The position numbers and the translations under genes are program-made. This document shows, one piece after another, positions 1 through 11,669 of a stretch of 64,000 nt of DNA. The notes beneath the pieces are model-generated. The model was given only the letters and a program-made list of their open reading frames with translations, had not been told where the DNA came from and ran no database searches. Position 1 is the stretch's first letter; each line of letters begins with the position of its first letter. Origin of the DNA: Chiloscyllium plagiosum (Eukaryota); contig NC_057749.1 of the NCBI RefSeq assembly GCF_004010195.1, positions 11,884,839 through 11,948,838 on the forward strand, written 5' to 3'.

Positions 1-38
1 CCTTGCTTTAAAAGCTGTCAATTTTCTCTGGTTTCCAG

Positions 39-176
39 CTTGCAGAAGTGAAAGGTCCAAGTGACCAACTCTCTCACAAACAGATGGTGTGGCTGGACCA
101 GCTGCAACGACTTGAGGCTGACGTCGAAGTTTGCCATGTCAATGCAGTCGGTGCAAGGAGCCACCAGCTCAGTTAA
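39..176 (+). CDS. FAN1: FAN1 (Fanconi-associated nuclease 1), last coding exon, end of VRR-NUC domain
   Basis: Pyrimidine tract and tttccAG acceptor at 37-38, then [45 protein letters not shown], matching the FAN1 C-terminus (EVKGP..D.LS.KQ.W). Tail-to-tail with MTMR10 as in other vertebrates. Not in the ORF track. Confidence 0.95.
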   Translation, partial: LAEVKGPSDQLSHKQMVWLDQLQRLEADVEVCHVNAVGARSHQLS

Positions 177-3100
177 TGCCAATTGCATAACCCAACTTCT
201 CACTGAAGCTACAGTCCAGGAGGACAACCATGCTACATCACTCCCTGCAGTGATACACCCAGCTGGAAATAGCTATATGGATGTGACACTAGTGAGTGAC
301 TGAAACTAGCTGTCTTCCAATGTTGCTGCTGTCTATGATACTCTAAAATAGCCCAACTCTTCACCGATTTGTACTCCTGTTGCCAAACTGCTCATAGAAA
401 GAACATGCACTTATTAATATTGATATTACAAAGTGAGACAGCAGGAAGTAGACTATTTCCTTCTTTACAGAAGTTTTTTTATTTCTAGTTTCCATCATTT
501 GCACTGTTAGCAAGTTTTAATAATTGTACAAGCAGCTCTGGAAATGTATTTTCAAAATACATTAAATATTTCTTACTGTGCTCTAGTATTGACTAGCTTC
601 TGTGGTACATGGCCTGTGTGTTGACTGAGGAAAGTTTCAGTACTATATAAAGTTTTCATATTGAGTAAACTTAACACTGACAAAAACAGAAAAGGAGCAA
701 CTCTAATTTATTATTTCCAAGTTTGTTAAAGCTACGTTGTAAAGAGCTTACTGCACTAAATCATCCTGAAGCTATGAAGATGGCTAACAGAATATTGCAA
801 GAGGAGTGGAGAGTGAAGTCTTGCTTAATTGTATAAAGCTCAGGTAGATCACAACTAGGAATATAGTTGGCAGTTTGGCAGACTTCTCAGAAAATGTATT
901 ATTACCATAATGATGAGAATACAGACACTGTTTGCCTGAGTTTCAAAGAATGAGGGGCAGTGGAGTGTTTAATCAGCCAAGATCATACTGAATGGTGGAG
1001 CATTTTGTATTCTTCCTTTCAAATGTTCTCTTGTTAAAAGATGCAAATTGGTCTCTATAAAATGACAGACTGTAGCCCAGCAAGTTAAGGAACATTTACA
1101 CCAAAGTATTTATTAGAGGCACACAGGATGAACAAATACAGGTTTGGAAATACATCATAATGCACACAGTGCACAGCAGCTGAAACCCAGCCCTCCCCTT
1201 CCAGCACCTGCTGACAGCAACACCTGCTAAACCTGGAATTAAATTTTAAAAAAACAGGTGCTGAATAAATAGAACACAGAAATAACCAAGCAAAGAAAAG
1301 CAATACATCCCATCAAGAATGGGTTGGAAAATGCAAAAAAGGAAAAACATCCTCTATTGAATACTATTACTAAAAAAGGATTTGAATCAGTCATTCTACT
1401 TCCTAAGGATCTGTGTAGTTTCTGGTTCCATTGTTTTTAGCATTAAGGGTTTGACCTAAAAACAAAGCATTAGTGAATAATTCCCTTGTTTAAAAGGCTC
1501 AGGATCCTGGAGTTTAAAACACTGATTCAAAATAAGAGTTTTGTAAAGAACAAATTAAACTGTTGCAGAAGCTTAACTGTTAACATTCCCTAATTGGAAG
1601 TTTCTGGCCATTTTGCATCACTTGCCTGTGACAGAATGCTCAAACTGGACATGTTATTAACAAAAGACTGTATTGGAAACAAGGATACATATCAACCAGG
1701 AAAAAGACTAACCAGAGAACACAACTCAGCACTAGGTTTAAACAGACTAGAAAGATAAATCATTGTGATTAAAAAATAAAATTATTTTTCTAAAATATGA
1801 AGGCAAACTTAAACAAGCTCAGCCATTCAGGTTTGTCATCAAACCTGCACATCCATTAATGCCCAGCAAGTGCCTTTCTCACTTATCTACTGGATATCAG
1901 GAAAGATGGGGAACATCTTTGTATCTGCCAATTTCTTATAGGTGCTGAAGTTTTCCAGCATTAGGTTCTTTATTTACTTCTGGGAATAAAATTCTTGAGA
2001 AGTCCAAGAACGTGGATGTCACGAGTTACTGAGCCACTGTTGTTAAGAGTTCAGCAATCATAATGAAGAATTACAAGAGCCATCAGACTGTGATAAAATA
2101 TTTTTCCAATAATGCACCTGTTTGCTCAAAAATGTAAAAGCTGGTAGGTGTAAAACAGACTCATCAGTAGAGAAAAAGTGCAAACTGGAAATACATAGCA
2201 AGTCACCAAGCAGATAGACAGTTAATGTGTGGACAGCCCCTTCAGACAAAAGTTGAAACTCATCCAATGCATTAACTTGCACTGAACTTTCATAAAGCGA
2301 CAGACCTGCCAGATAAATCTTACATTTTCATCTCCTTTAACGTTCTCTTAATAATTCTCTTTCTAGATTACAAAACTCAAACAAAGAACTGCTACCTAAG
2401 ATGGCTGGTGCCACCTCCTCCACCTCCAAAAGAACTTGTGCAATTTAAGCTATATGGTTGTCAATGGGAATCTGCAAAATCCAGGGTTCATTCCAAACTG
2501 GAGACATGCAGAAGTGACAGCAAAAAGATGAGCTTTCAGATCCTTCCTCTCAGTCTTATCAGCTCAGATTCTACAGCTTTCCCATTCAGCATTGTGTAGA
2601 TGACACATCTTTATATGAATGATGACAATTGGAAAGTTTCAAGTTAGCTTTACTGAGGGTAACTGCAAATGCAGGTGCCATTAGACTCAAATTTCCTTTT
2701 GCCTTCTGCATAAAAATTGGCCAGCCATCTTGAATCTTCAGTGGAAATTAAAAACAAAACTGAAGTCATTGCAGATCAAACTGTTGGTAGTTCTGCAAAA
2801 ATGTTACAAAGTTATAGTGATCTCACTTTCATAAGCACATGTTTTTAAAAGAACTAGTCACCAACTTCCTGTGAGTACAGAATTTCAGCCTACGCCAAAT
2901 TGATAAATGAACAGTTTGTGTCAGCTATGGCAGTAGGCTTATGTCAGGATCCCCACACACTGGCCCAATATGACATTAGAAAATATAGCTGCTTTATGTG
3001 ATTACAACAAAATTAGATATAAATTAATCACAGTTCAGATTACAACATCCGGGCACTTACAGGAGAGGAATTTTACCGAAAGACTACAGAGTATATTACT

Positions 3101-4334
3101 GACAGGTTACAGTTCCCACCATCAGGCAGTTCTAAGCCCTCAGTTGTATTTTGGTAGGAATTAGTACTTCCTACTGCTCCCATCCAGCAACTGCTTTATA
3201 TGCGTGGCAGCTAACAATTGGAAAATGCTGCCAAAATCGAATTATAAAGAAATGTCTGAAAGAAATGATCTTAGAGCCAAGATCTACTTATGTCCTGCAG
3301 TTTGTTCAGACATGACAGTGAGAATCAGCACCTGCAGGAACTGCATCCCAGCGAGAGACAGCCCCGTCAGAAGCAGAGAATGAAATCCAAGCAAAGGTAG
3401 ATTTCGATGATTCATTTGGCAGAGAATCTGATAGCAGCAGCGTTACAACACTGAACACAAGTCACCAGAATACACAGGATGGCAGGAATTAAAATATGCC
3501 AAATTAACTAGGTTCAATGCTAAATGATCTACATTCCCTGGACTAAGTCTTAGTTATACTAATTTGAAAGGCCTATGTGATGTTTCTTGAAGTAGTAACT
3601 GGGCAGCAGGGAGATGCTCAGTGTCACAGAGCAAATTCAATAATTCTAGTGTAAAGGATCCTCTCCACTGAGCACATCACAGAAAAAAATAAACTTTATA
3701 TTCCTTGGACAAATGGAACTTATTTCTCCATCATATGGTCATGGTCAACCCCAAGATCTCAACAGTCACCATGTTGCCAGCTGGATTCAAAGCTGGTCAG
3801 AAATTATCTATTTTTTAAATGTACAAAAAATAATTTATTCTGGAAAAGCTTTTTAAAAAATTATTGGATTTTTTATAAACTCTTTCGGCACACTTGGCCA
3901 TTAAGGTGAAAGTGCTGAGGAACACTTAAGGCACCCAGTGAGATTACAATTAGTGCAATGTTTCTGCTGTCACATTGTCAATACGTCAGGGTCATACTGC
4001 TGGCAGAATTTCAGCTCATCAGACTGGTCCCAGAGAAAAAACACCAGTGTCTAATCCACTTTGAACACAAAATAGGCAATGAGTGGCAGCTTATGGTTGC
4101 AATTGCTTTGAGAAAACACCAAAGGTTTCTTCAATATAAAGTATGTTTTAAAAAGCCTCTTGGAGCTGTAGTGTGTTTACGTCGAGTGCTTACCCTCTTA
4201 AAAATATCTGTGCAAATTTCTACTATTTTGCATATTCAATACTCAGTGTCAGACAGCAGCGTTCAGTTTGATACGGTTTAGCTTTTAGCCTTTGATGGGA
4301 TGCTGATGCCTCACTGTTCCCAATCCAAGGACCT

Positions 4335-4934
4335 TCACTCATCATTGGCCAGCGTTTCTGTAGAAGGCCAAGTTTTGGCACCAGTGAGTAGGAATTTGCT
4401 TAGGGGAGTTCCCAGAATACTTCGTCGACAGAGGTTCCCAACAGGGGAGAAGGGAAAAGAAGAAGAAAAACAGTCAAGCGTCCCAGGTACTTCACTGAAA
4501 TCTTTGGCCTGGAAATACATTCTATGACTGTAGGAGTCGGAAAAGCTGGTTAGGCAGGGGTCACACCAATACTGGCGAACACGCTGCTGCAGAGTTTCAA
4601 TGTCATCTGCCAATATCGAGATCTTATGAAAGGCAGAGATGAATCCTCCGTTGGTGATCTGTGCCTCAGGGATCCAGCGTAAATAACACTGCTTCCAGAG
4701 CTGGGTATGTGCACTGCTGAGATGCGGCAGAATGATTCCATGCAAGTCCAAGGGCTTTGAGTACCAGTCCCTGAAGTAACGCTCCATATTGCGATCGTGG
4801 CTCTCATTAAGCTGCACTAAATCAGGGCTCGGTCGTTGTAATGAGTTCCGGCGCGGGAAGAAGTCATGCTGGTCACTAAGCTTTCCATTCTTCATCGTGT
4901 ATACTGAATAGATGGAGGAGGAGGAGGAATTCTT
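4335..4934 (-). CDS. MTMR10: MTMR10 exon 16 (last coding exon)
   Basis: Acceptor cttgccAG, phase 0. KNSSSS...PRRNSL...LWKQCYLRWIPEAQ...FPFSPVGNLCRRSILGTPLSKFL...TETLANDE* matches the MTMR10 C-terminus. Confidence 0.95.
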   Translation of the reverse strand, partial: KNSSSSSIYSVYTMKNGKLSDQHDFFPRRNSLQRPSPDLVQLNESHDRNMERYFRDWYSKPLDLHGIILPHLSSAHTQLWKQCYLRWIPEAQITNGGFISAFHKISILADDIETLQQRVRQYWCDPCLTSFSDSYSHRMYFQAKDFSEVPGTLDCFSSSFPFSPVGNLCRRSILGTPLSKFLLTGAKTWPSTETLANDE

Positions 4935-5503
4935 CTGGCAAGAAAGAAGTAATAAAATGAACAAACTGCTTCTGCAGTTTTCATTTTTCACAGCACAGTG
5001 TCGGATAACATGCAAAGTCCTCATAGTGAGCCCCTCTCTAATCTCTTCCCACGTTACAATACTTTCATCTCTCGAGATTCTACTACATAGTTCCTTTCCT
5101 CATAGCCTTAAAATCAAGGCATATTATGGTCTTTTCTTCTTCATACAATTTACAAGCATTAATACCCAAGCAAGGCCCCACTTTGACTGCAACTTGCATG
5201 TATTCCAGCTCTGGCCTTGTCCTACAGTATGGCCTTGTCCTACAGTTTTACTCTTAGCACAGATCACATATAAGCATTACTGAGAAAGGAACTGGAGTTC
5301 TTGGGATTCTCAAGCTAACCTGATAACATTTATACTAATAGCTGGGTTGGACCATCTCATGTTACCAACATTGAAGAGACCATTCCTCCTCTGGTTATCA
5401 GACAGAGGGCAGAACGGAGCTAAGAGCTAATTGTACACGAGTCTCAAGATAACATTTAAAAACAAATAGTCAAGCTACAATAGCTAATCTCAGGGTCACG
5501 TAC

Positions 5504-5683
5504 CTTTGCTCTTTTGAAAGATTTGATTGTCCCATTCTGCACACAGGTCACACTTTTGCCAATGTATAGAGGATTATTGAACAGCGTTAGATCTTTAGCT
5601 GTGAACTGAAGAAACCAGTCCCAGACAGGGGGTAGTTCAACACTTTTCCCTTCACAGTGCAGGTTCCCATTAGTGGCAAAATC
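5504..5683 (-). CDS. MTMR10: MTMR10 exon 15
   Basis: AG/GT flanked, 180 nt: DFATNGNLHCEGKSVELPPVWDWFLQFTAKDLTLFNNPLYIGKSVTCVQNGTIKSFKRAK. Confidence 0.93.
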
Positions 5684-5779
5684 CTGCAGTTAGTCAGAGA
5701 AGGAAATTAAATTAAAATTAAATCACCAGTATAATATTACAGACATGGTCATTTGGTTTATATTGTTTAGAGATTATAT

Positions 5780-6082
5780 AAACTTGAGAAGAGAATTGTT
5801 CCACAACAGTCAGCGATTTGGAAAACAGGGCAAACTGTACTCCATTAATCAGGAACTCAAGGAGAAGAGAACTGTACCTCAACAGTCACCAATTTGATGA
5901 GAAAGCAAACTGTATGCCACCAGTCAGCAGAGGAGAGGGCAAGCTCTATCTCAACAATCAGCAATTTGATAGGGAAACTCTTCCCCAAGTTGAGAAGGCA
6001 AACTTGAGAAGAGCACAAACTGTACTCCAACAGTCAGCATCTTCAGGAGAGAGCAAACAGCTCTCCAAAAGTCAGTAACTTA
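5780..6082. repeat. Degenerate ~35-bp minisatellite (left part)
   Basis: Recurring unit close to AACAGTCAGCAATTTGAGGAGAGGGCAAACTGTACTCC, about 8 copies. Confidence 0.7.
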
Positions 6083-6084
6083 GA

Positions 6085-9000
6085 GTCAGAGTCCTATAGC
6101 ACAGAGACAGGCCCTTTGGCGCAAACTGGTCCATCCTGACCAAAATGTCCATCCATGCTAATCCCATTTCCCTGCACTTGGCCCATATCTCCTGAGTCCT
6201 AGCAACATCCTTACAAATTTCTTCTGCACTCTTTCCAGTTTAATAACATCCTTCCTACAGCAAGGTGACCAAAACTGAACACAATACTCTAAGTGCAGCC
6301 TCACCAACATCCTGTACAACTCTGCAACACAACTTCCCAACTTCTACACTTAATGCCCTAAATGATGAAGGCCAGTGTGCCAAAAGCCTTCTTCACTGCC
6401 CTGTCTACCTGTGACTCCCTTTTCAGACTACCATGCACTTGAACTCCAAGGTCCTTCTGTTAAGACCATAAGACATAGGAGTGGAAGTAAGGTCATTCGG
6501 CCCTTCGAGTCCACTCTTGCCATTCAATCATGGCTGATGAGCATTTCAACGCCACTTATCCGCACTCTCCCTGTATCTCTTAATTCCTTGCAAGATTAAG
6601 AATTTATTAATCTCTATCCTGAAGACATTTAACGTCCCGGCCTCCACTGCGCTCTGTGGTGAATTCCACAGGCCCACCACTTTCTGGCTGAAGAAATGTC
6701 TCCTCACTTCCATTCTAAATTGACCCCCTCTAATTCTAAGGCTGTGCCCACGAGTCCTAGTATCCCTGCCTGACGGAAACAATTTCCCAGCATCCATCTT
6801 TTCTAAGCCTTGTGTTATCTTTTAAGTTTCTATTAGATCTGCTCTCAACCTTCTGAACGCCAATAAATACAATCCCAGGATCCTCAGTCGCTCATCGTAT
6901 GTTAGGCCTACCATTCCAGGGATCATCCGTGTGAATCTCCGCTGGACACACCAGTGCCAGTATGTCCTTCCTGAAGTGTGGGGCCCAAAACTGGACACAG
7001 TATTCTAAAAGTGGCCTAACCAGAGCTTTATAAAGTCATAGTACCACCTCACTGCTTTCACATTCCAACCCTCTTGAAACATTACATTTGCTTTCTTAAC
7101 CATGGACTCAACCTGTAAGTCAACCTTTAGAGAATCCAGTAATAGCACTCCCAGATCCCTTTGTACTTTGGCTTTATGAATTTTCTCAGTTTATAAAATA
7201 GTCTTTGCCTGTGTTCTTTTTTCTGAAGTGCAAGACCTCACATTTGCTCACATTGAATTTCATCAGCCATTTCTTGGACCTTTCTCTTAAATTGTCTAAA
7301 TCTTTCCGCAGGAGAAAGTAAGGACTGCAGATGCTGGGGATCAGAGCTGAAAATGTGTTGCTGGAAAAGCGCAGCAGGTCAGGCAGCATCCAGGGAACAG
7401 GAGAATCGACGTTTCGGGCATAAGCCCTTCTTCTTCCTAAAGAATTTTAGCAACAACCGAGGTTAGGCTAATCGGCTTATAATTTTCCATCATTTGTCTT
7501 GCCCCTTTCTTGAACAAGGGGCTTACAACAGCGATTTTCCAATCATCTGGGACTTTTCCTGACACCAGTGGTTTTTGAAAGATTATAACCAATGCCTTCG
7601 CTATTTCTTCAGCCACCTCCCTTAACTCTAGGATGTAGCCCATCCGGGCCAAGAGATTTATCCGTTTTTAGACCTTTTAGCTTTTCTAGCACTTTCTTTT
7701 GTAATGACCACCATACTCAACTCTGCCCCTTGACTCTCCTTAATTGTTGGGATATTACTCACATCTTCCACTGTGAAGACTGACACCAAGTATTTATTAA
7801 GTTAGAACATAGAACAGTACAGCACAGAACAGGCCCTTCAGCCCACGATGTTGTGCCGACCATTGATCCTGATGTTCTTCAGCTATTTCCTTATCTCCCA
7901 TCACTAGCCTTCCTGCATCAATTTGGAGCGGCCCAATCTCTACTTTTGCCTCTCGTTTGTTTTTTATAAATTGAAAGAAACTTTTACTATCATACTGGCT
8001 AGCTTACCTTCATAATAAATCCTCTCCTTCCTTAGTTCTCTCTTTGTTATCCTCTGTTCGTTTTTGGAGTCTTCCCAATCTTCTGAGTTCCCGGTGCTCT
8101 TGGCCACTTTATAGGCTGTCTCTTTTCCTGGGATACATTTCCTGAGTTCCTTCGTCAGCCATGGTTGTCTAAACACACCACCCCCCACCCTCCTCCAAAC
8201 CCCAGGTGATCTTTCTTTTCTTTAGGATGTACCTCTGTACTGTGCCTTCAATTACACCCAGAAACTCCTGCCATTGTTGCTCTACTGCCTTCCCCACTAG
8301 GCTCTGCTTCCAGTCAGTTTTCGTCAGTTCCTCTCTCATGCCCCTCTCTCATTACCTTTATTTAACTGTAACACCATTAAACCCAATTTTGCCTTCTCTC
8401 TTTCGAACTGCAGACTGAACTCTACCATATTATGATCGCTGCCTCCTAAGTGTCCCCTGACTTTAAGATCTTTTATAAAGTATGGCTCCAGAATAGCCTG
8501 CTCCCTTGTGGGCTCCATCATAAGCTGTTCCAAAAAGTCATCCTGTAAGCATTCCATGAATTCCCTTTCTTGGATCCACCGGCAAAATTATTCACCCAGT
8601 CCATTTGCATATTGAAGTGCCCCATGATCACCGTGACCTGATCTTTCTGACATGCCCTATCTATTTTCTGGTACATCTTGCACCCCTGGCCCTGACCACT
8701 GGTTAGGAGGTCTGTACATAACCCCCATTATGGTTTTTTGCCTTTGTGGTTCCTCAACTCCACCCACACAGACTCCACATCATCTGACCCTATATCATTT
8801 AATGCCAAAGATTTAATTTCATTCTTAACTAACAGAGCAACCCCACCCCCTTTGTCCACCTCCTTGTCTTTTCGATAAGTTGCAAATCCTTGGATGTTTA
8901 ACTGCCAGTCCTGAACCCCCTGCAACCACATCTCTGTGATACCTACCACATCATAATCATTTATGATGATTTGTGCTGTTAATTCATCTGCTTTATTTCG

Positions 9001-9940
9001 AATGCTTCGAGCATTTACCTTAATGCTAGTTTGCTTATCCTCATGATTTCCATCACCTCTACCTAAGTTATCCTTCCTTTTTGCTTCATTCCTAGTCTGT
9101 CTTAAATCCTGCACACATGCTAACCTGCTGCTTAACTTTCTACTTGACTCCATACTCCCTGTTGCTTTCCTGTTTTACTTCTTACACCTACTATTCACCA
9201 CGAAACTCCTGCCTTTGACTTTTCAAAATGCAAGACCTCACCCTTACCTATATTAAAGTCCATTTGCCATTTCTCGACCCATTTCCCCAGCTGATTAAGG
9301 CCCTGCTGCAATTTCTGATAACCTTCCTCACTGCCCATGATACCTCCTATATTACTGTCATCTGCAAACTTACTATTCATGCCTTACACATTTTCATCCA
9401 AATCATAGATATAAATAATGAACAGCAATGGGCCCAGCACCGACCCGAGGCAGTTCACCAGTCACAGGCCTCCAGTCCAAAAGGATTCTTCCACTATTAC
9501 CCTTTGCTTCCTACCATCAAGCCAATTTGCCAGCTCCCCCTGGATTCCATGCGTTCTAACCTTCCAGAGCAGCCTACCATGTGGAATCATATCAAAGGCC
9601 TTACTGAAATCCACATAGACTAGGTCTACTGCCCTGCCCTCATCAACCTTCCTGGTTACTTCAAAAAATTCTTAAATTTGTGAGGCATGATCCCACTCAC
9701 AAAGCCATGATGACTACTCCTAATCAAACCTGTCTTTCCAAACGTGTATATATATCTTCAAATCTTTTCAAGTAACTAACCTACCACAGATGTTAGGCTA
9801 CTGGTCTATAGTTCCCACATTTTCCTTTGCAGCCTTTCTTGAATAAGAGCACAACACTCACTACCCTCCAGTTTTCCAGGACTAATGGCTAATGATGCAA
9901 AAATATCAGCCAGGGCCCTGACAATGTCTTCTCTAACCTT
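6085..9940 (-). mobile_element. Nested CR1 LINE fragments
   Basis: Translations include [10 protein letters not shown]...LERVQ, TRGHSLRIRG, VPDDWKIAVVSPLFKKG, endonuclease YDVVGITEMWL...GGGVALLVK and SKFADD; many stops and frameshifts. Confidence 0.9.
7310..7435 (-). mobile_element. Short hammerhead-bearing element (family A), single arm, inside CR1
   Basis: Minus strand GAAGA-AGGGC-TTAT-GCCC-GAAACGTC with the core truncated at its 5' side; body homologous to 42817-43034. Confidence 0.75.
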
Positions 9941-10086
9941 TTGAGGAGAAAACTGCAACCCAATAATCAGCAACTTGAGAAGGAACTGCCCTCCAACAGC
10001 CAGCAATTTGAGTAGAGGTCAATCTGTACCCTAACAGTCAGAAATTTGAGGAGAGGAAAAACTATAGCTAAACAGTTAGCAACTTG
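9940..10086. repeat. Degenerate ~35-bp minisatellite (right part)
   Basis: Same unit (AACAGTCAG[C/A]AA[T/C]TTGAG...AACTG), about 4 copies, ending just short of the exon 14 donor. Confidence 0.65.
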
Positions 10087-10095
10087 TGCACCCAC

Positions 10096-10266
10096 CTGAC
10101 TTTGTTGCATCTGCTGATATGGGCTGTTGAAAAGGAACGTGCCAAACAAGGGAATCCGCAAGCTATCATATAAGACAGTCAGATAGGTTTCAGTGAATTC
10201 AAATGCAGCTGGAAATTGTTGCAGTAGCTGCCAAACACAGTCCAGGAACAGCAGGAACAGGGGAGA
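10096..10266 (-). CDS. MTMR10: MTMR10 exon 14
   Basis: 171 nt, SPLFLLFLDCVWQLLQQFPAAFEFTETYL...FGTFLFNSPYQQMQQSQ (myotubularin SID region); AG/GT. Confidence 0.95.
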
Positions 10267-10667
10267 CTGGAGTACATAGTAAAACAGTCTTAGCTTGAAT
10301 ACATCCATATCTAAATTAAGACATCACAGCAAACGGTCTCACTCCCAATATTCAAATGGTACAGGCATGTTTCTTTACAGCAACAATAATCTCAAGAGCA
10401 ACCAAAAGAATCAGCAGAATTTCTAAACAGTATCAGCAAAATGTTAAGGCAGCTAGAGAGTTTCCCATATGAAGCCACATTAAAATTCAACCCACGACTT
10501 AAAATGTAATTATTGACAATAGCAGAAGATTAAAGCCGCTGAAACTACAAAGTGGTTGATTAGTTCGCAAGCTGACCAACTCCCAGCACAGCTTTACTGC
10601 ACTATGCCATATCATTAACTGAAAGTTCTAATTTTAAAGTAACAAGTGAGTGCAAGGTAATCCTCAC

Positions 10668-10840
10668 CTCATGTTTCTCAGACTCTCCAAGATGGTTACA
10701 ACGATCCAAAAAGCGGTAACCAGCCACAACCCATTCCTTCTGGATTAGGCTTTGAAATCCCAGTATGGTGCGAAAATGAGGATCCAACATCACCTGCATT
10801 ATTGAGGCTATCACACAGTTCAGATCTCTTCCTTCCTCCT
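10668..10840 (-). CDS. MTMR10: MTMR10 exon 13 (degenerate catalytic loop)
   Basis: 173 nt, (E)EEGRDLNCVIASIMQVMLDPHFRTILGFQSLIQKEWVVAGYRFLDRCNHLGESEKHE; AG/GT. Confidence 0.93.
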
Positions 10841-11457
10841 CTGATGAAGAAACACACAGTCAACATCCATTGAAATGCAGCTGTGAATTCAGAGCAGCTA
10901 AGAGAGAACATGCAGCTTCTTTCACAGGATTCAAATACTTAGAGGTGGAAATTGGATCTAGCAGCAAAAAGGATTAACTAAGACAAGTGTTAGGAAGAGT
11001 GGATCATTCAGCTCCTCCAACCTGCTCTGACATTCAATATGATCACGGCTGATGTGGCTGTGGCCTCAACTCCACTTTCCCGATTATACCAATAACCACA
11101 GATCTCTTGTTGACCTAAAATCTCTCTAACTTGGCCTTGAATATATTCATTGATCCTGCTCCCACTTCTCTCTGGAGAAGGAAATTCCACAGACCAATGA
11201 CCGTCAATAAGAATCTCAGCCTTAATTCCTTAACTTTTAAACTTTACCCCAGATTTTAGATTGACCAGTTACTTAAGCAACCAAGTTGCAGTTACCCAAT
11301 GGCAGGCTACACCGGAGAGTTAAGTTGCTTCCTCCTTTACTACAAAATATGGAATACCAGAATCTGCAGAAACTGAACACTGCATTGCATTCAGGATAAG
11401 GCTTGCACTAGCACAGCAAACATTTATCATTAATAGCTTGAAAAAGTTAATACTCAC

Positions 11458-11528
11458 CATGAATGATGACAGAAATATTCTCACTATACATCCACTGTGC
11501 AAGTTCTGCAGAGTGTTTTAAGAACAGT
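11458..11528 (-). CDS. MTMR10: MTMR10 exon 12
   Basis: 71 nt, (R)LFLKHSAELAQWMYSENISVIIH; AG and GTGAGT; phases fit both neighbours. Confidence 0.9.
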
Positions 11529-11669
11529 CTATGAAGAGAGAAAGAAAACATTAAGTGAGCACTCAAAACAAGTATTTCCATTTATTCCTTCTCTCCTTCC
11601 ATTCCTGACAATATTTAACTACAATTAATATGATTCTATGGGTTCCTGTCTGTGCTGTGGCACAACTTC

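Noticed and set aside
5780..6082. CRISPR-like array or the 86-aa ORF at 5818-6078
   Set aside because: Degenerate tandem units without unique spacers, in a vertebrate intron; the ORF is a by-product of the repeat.
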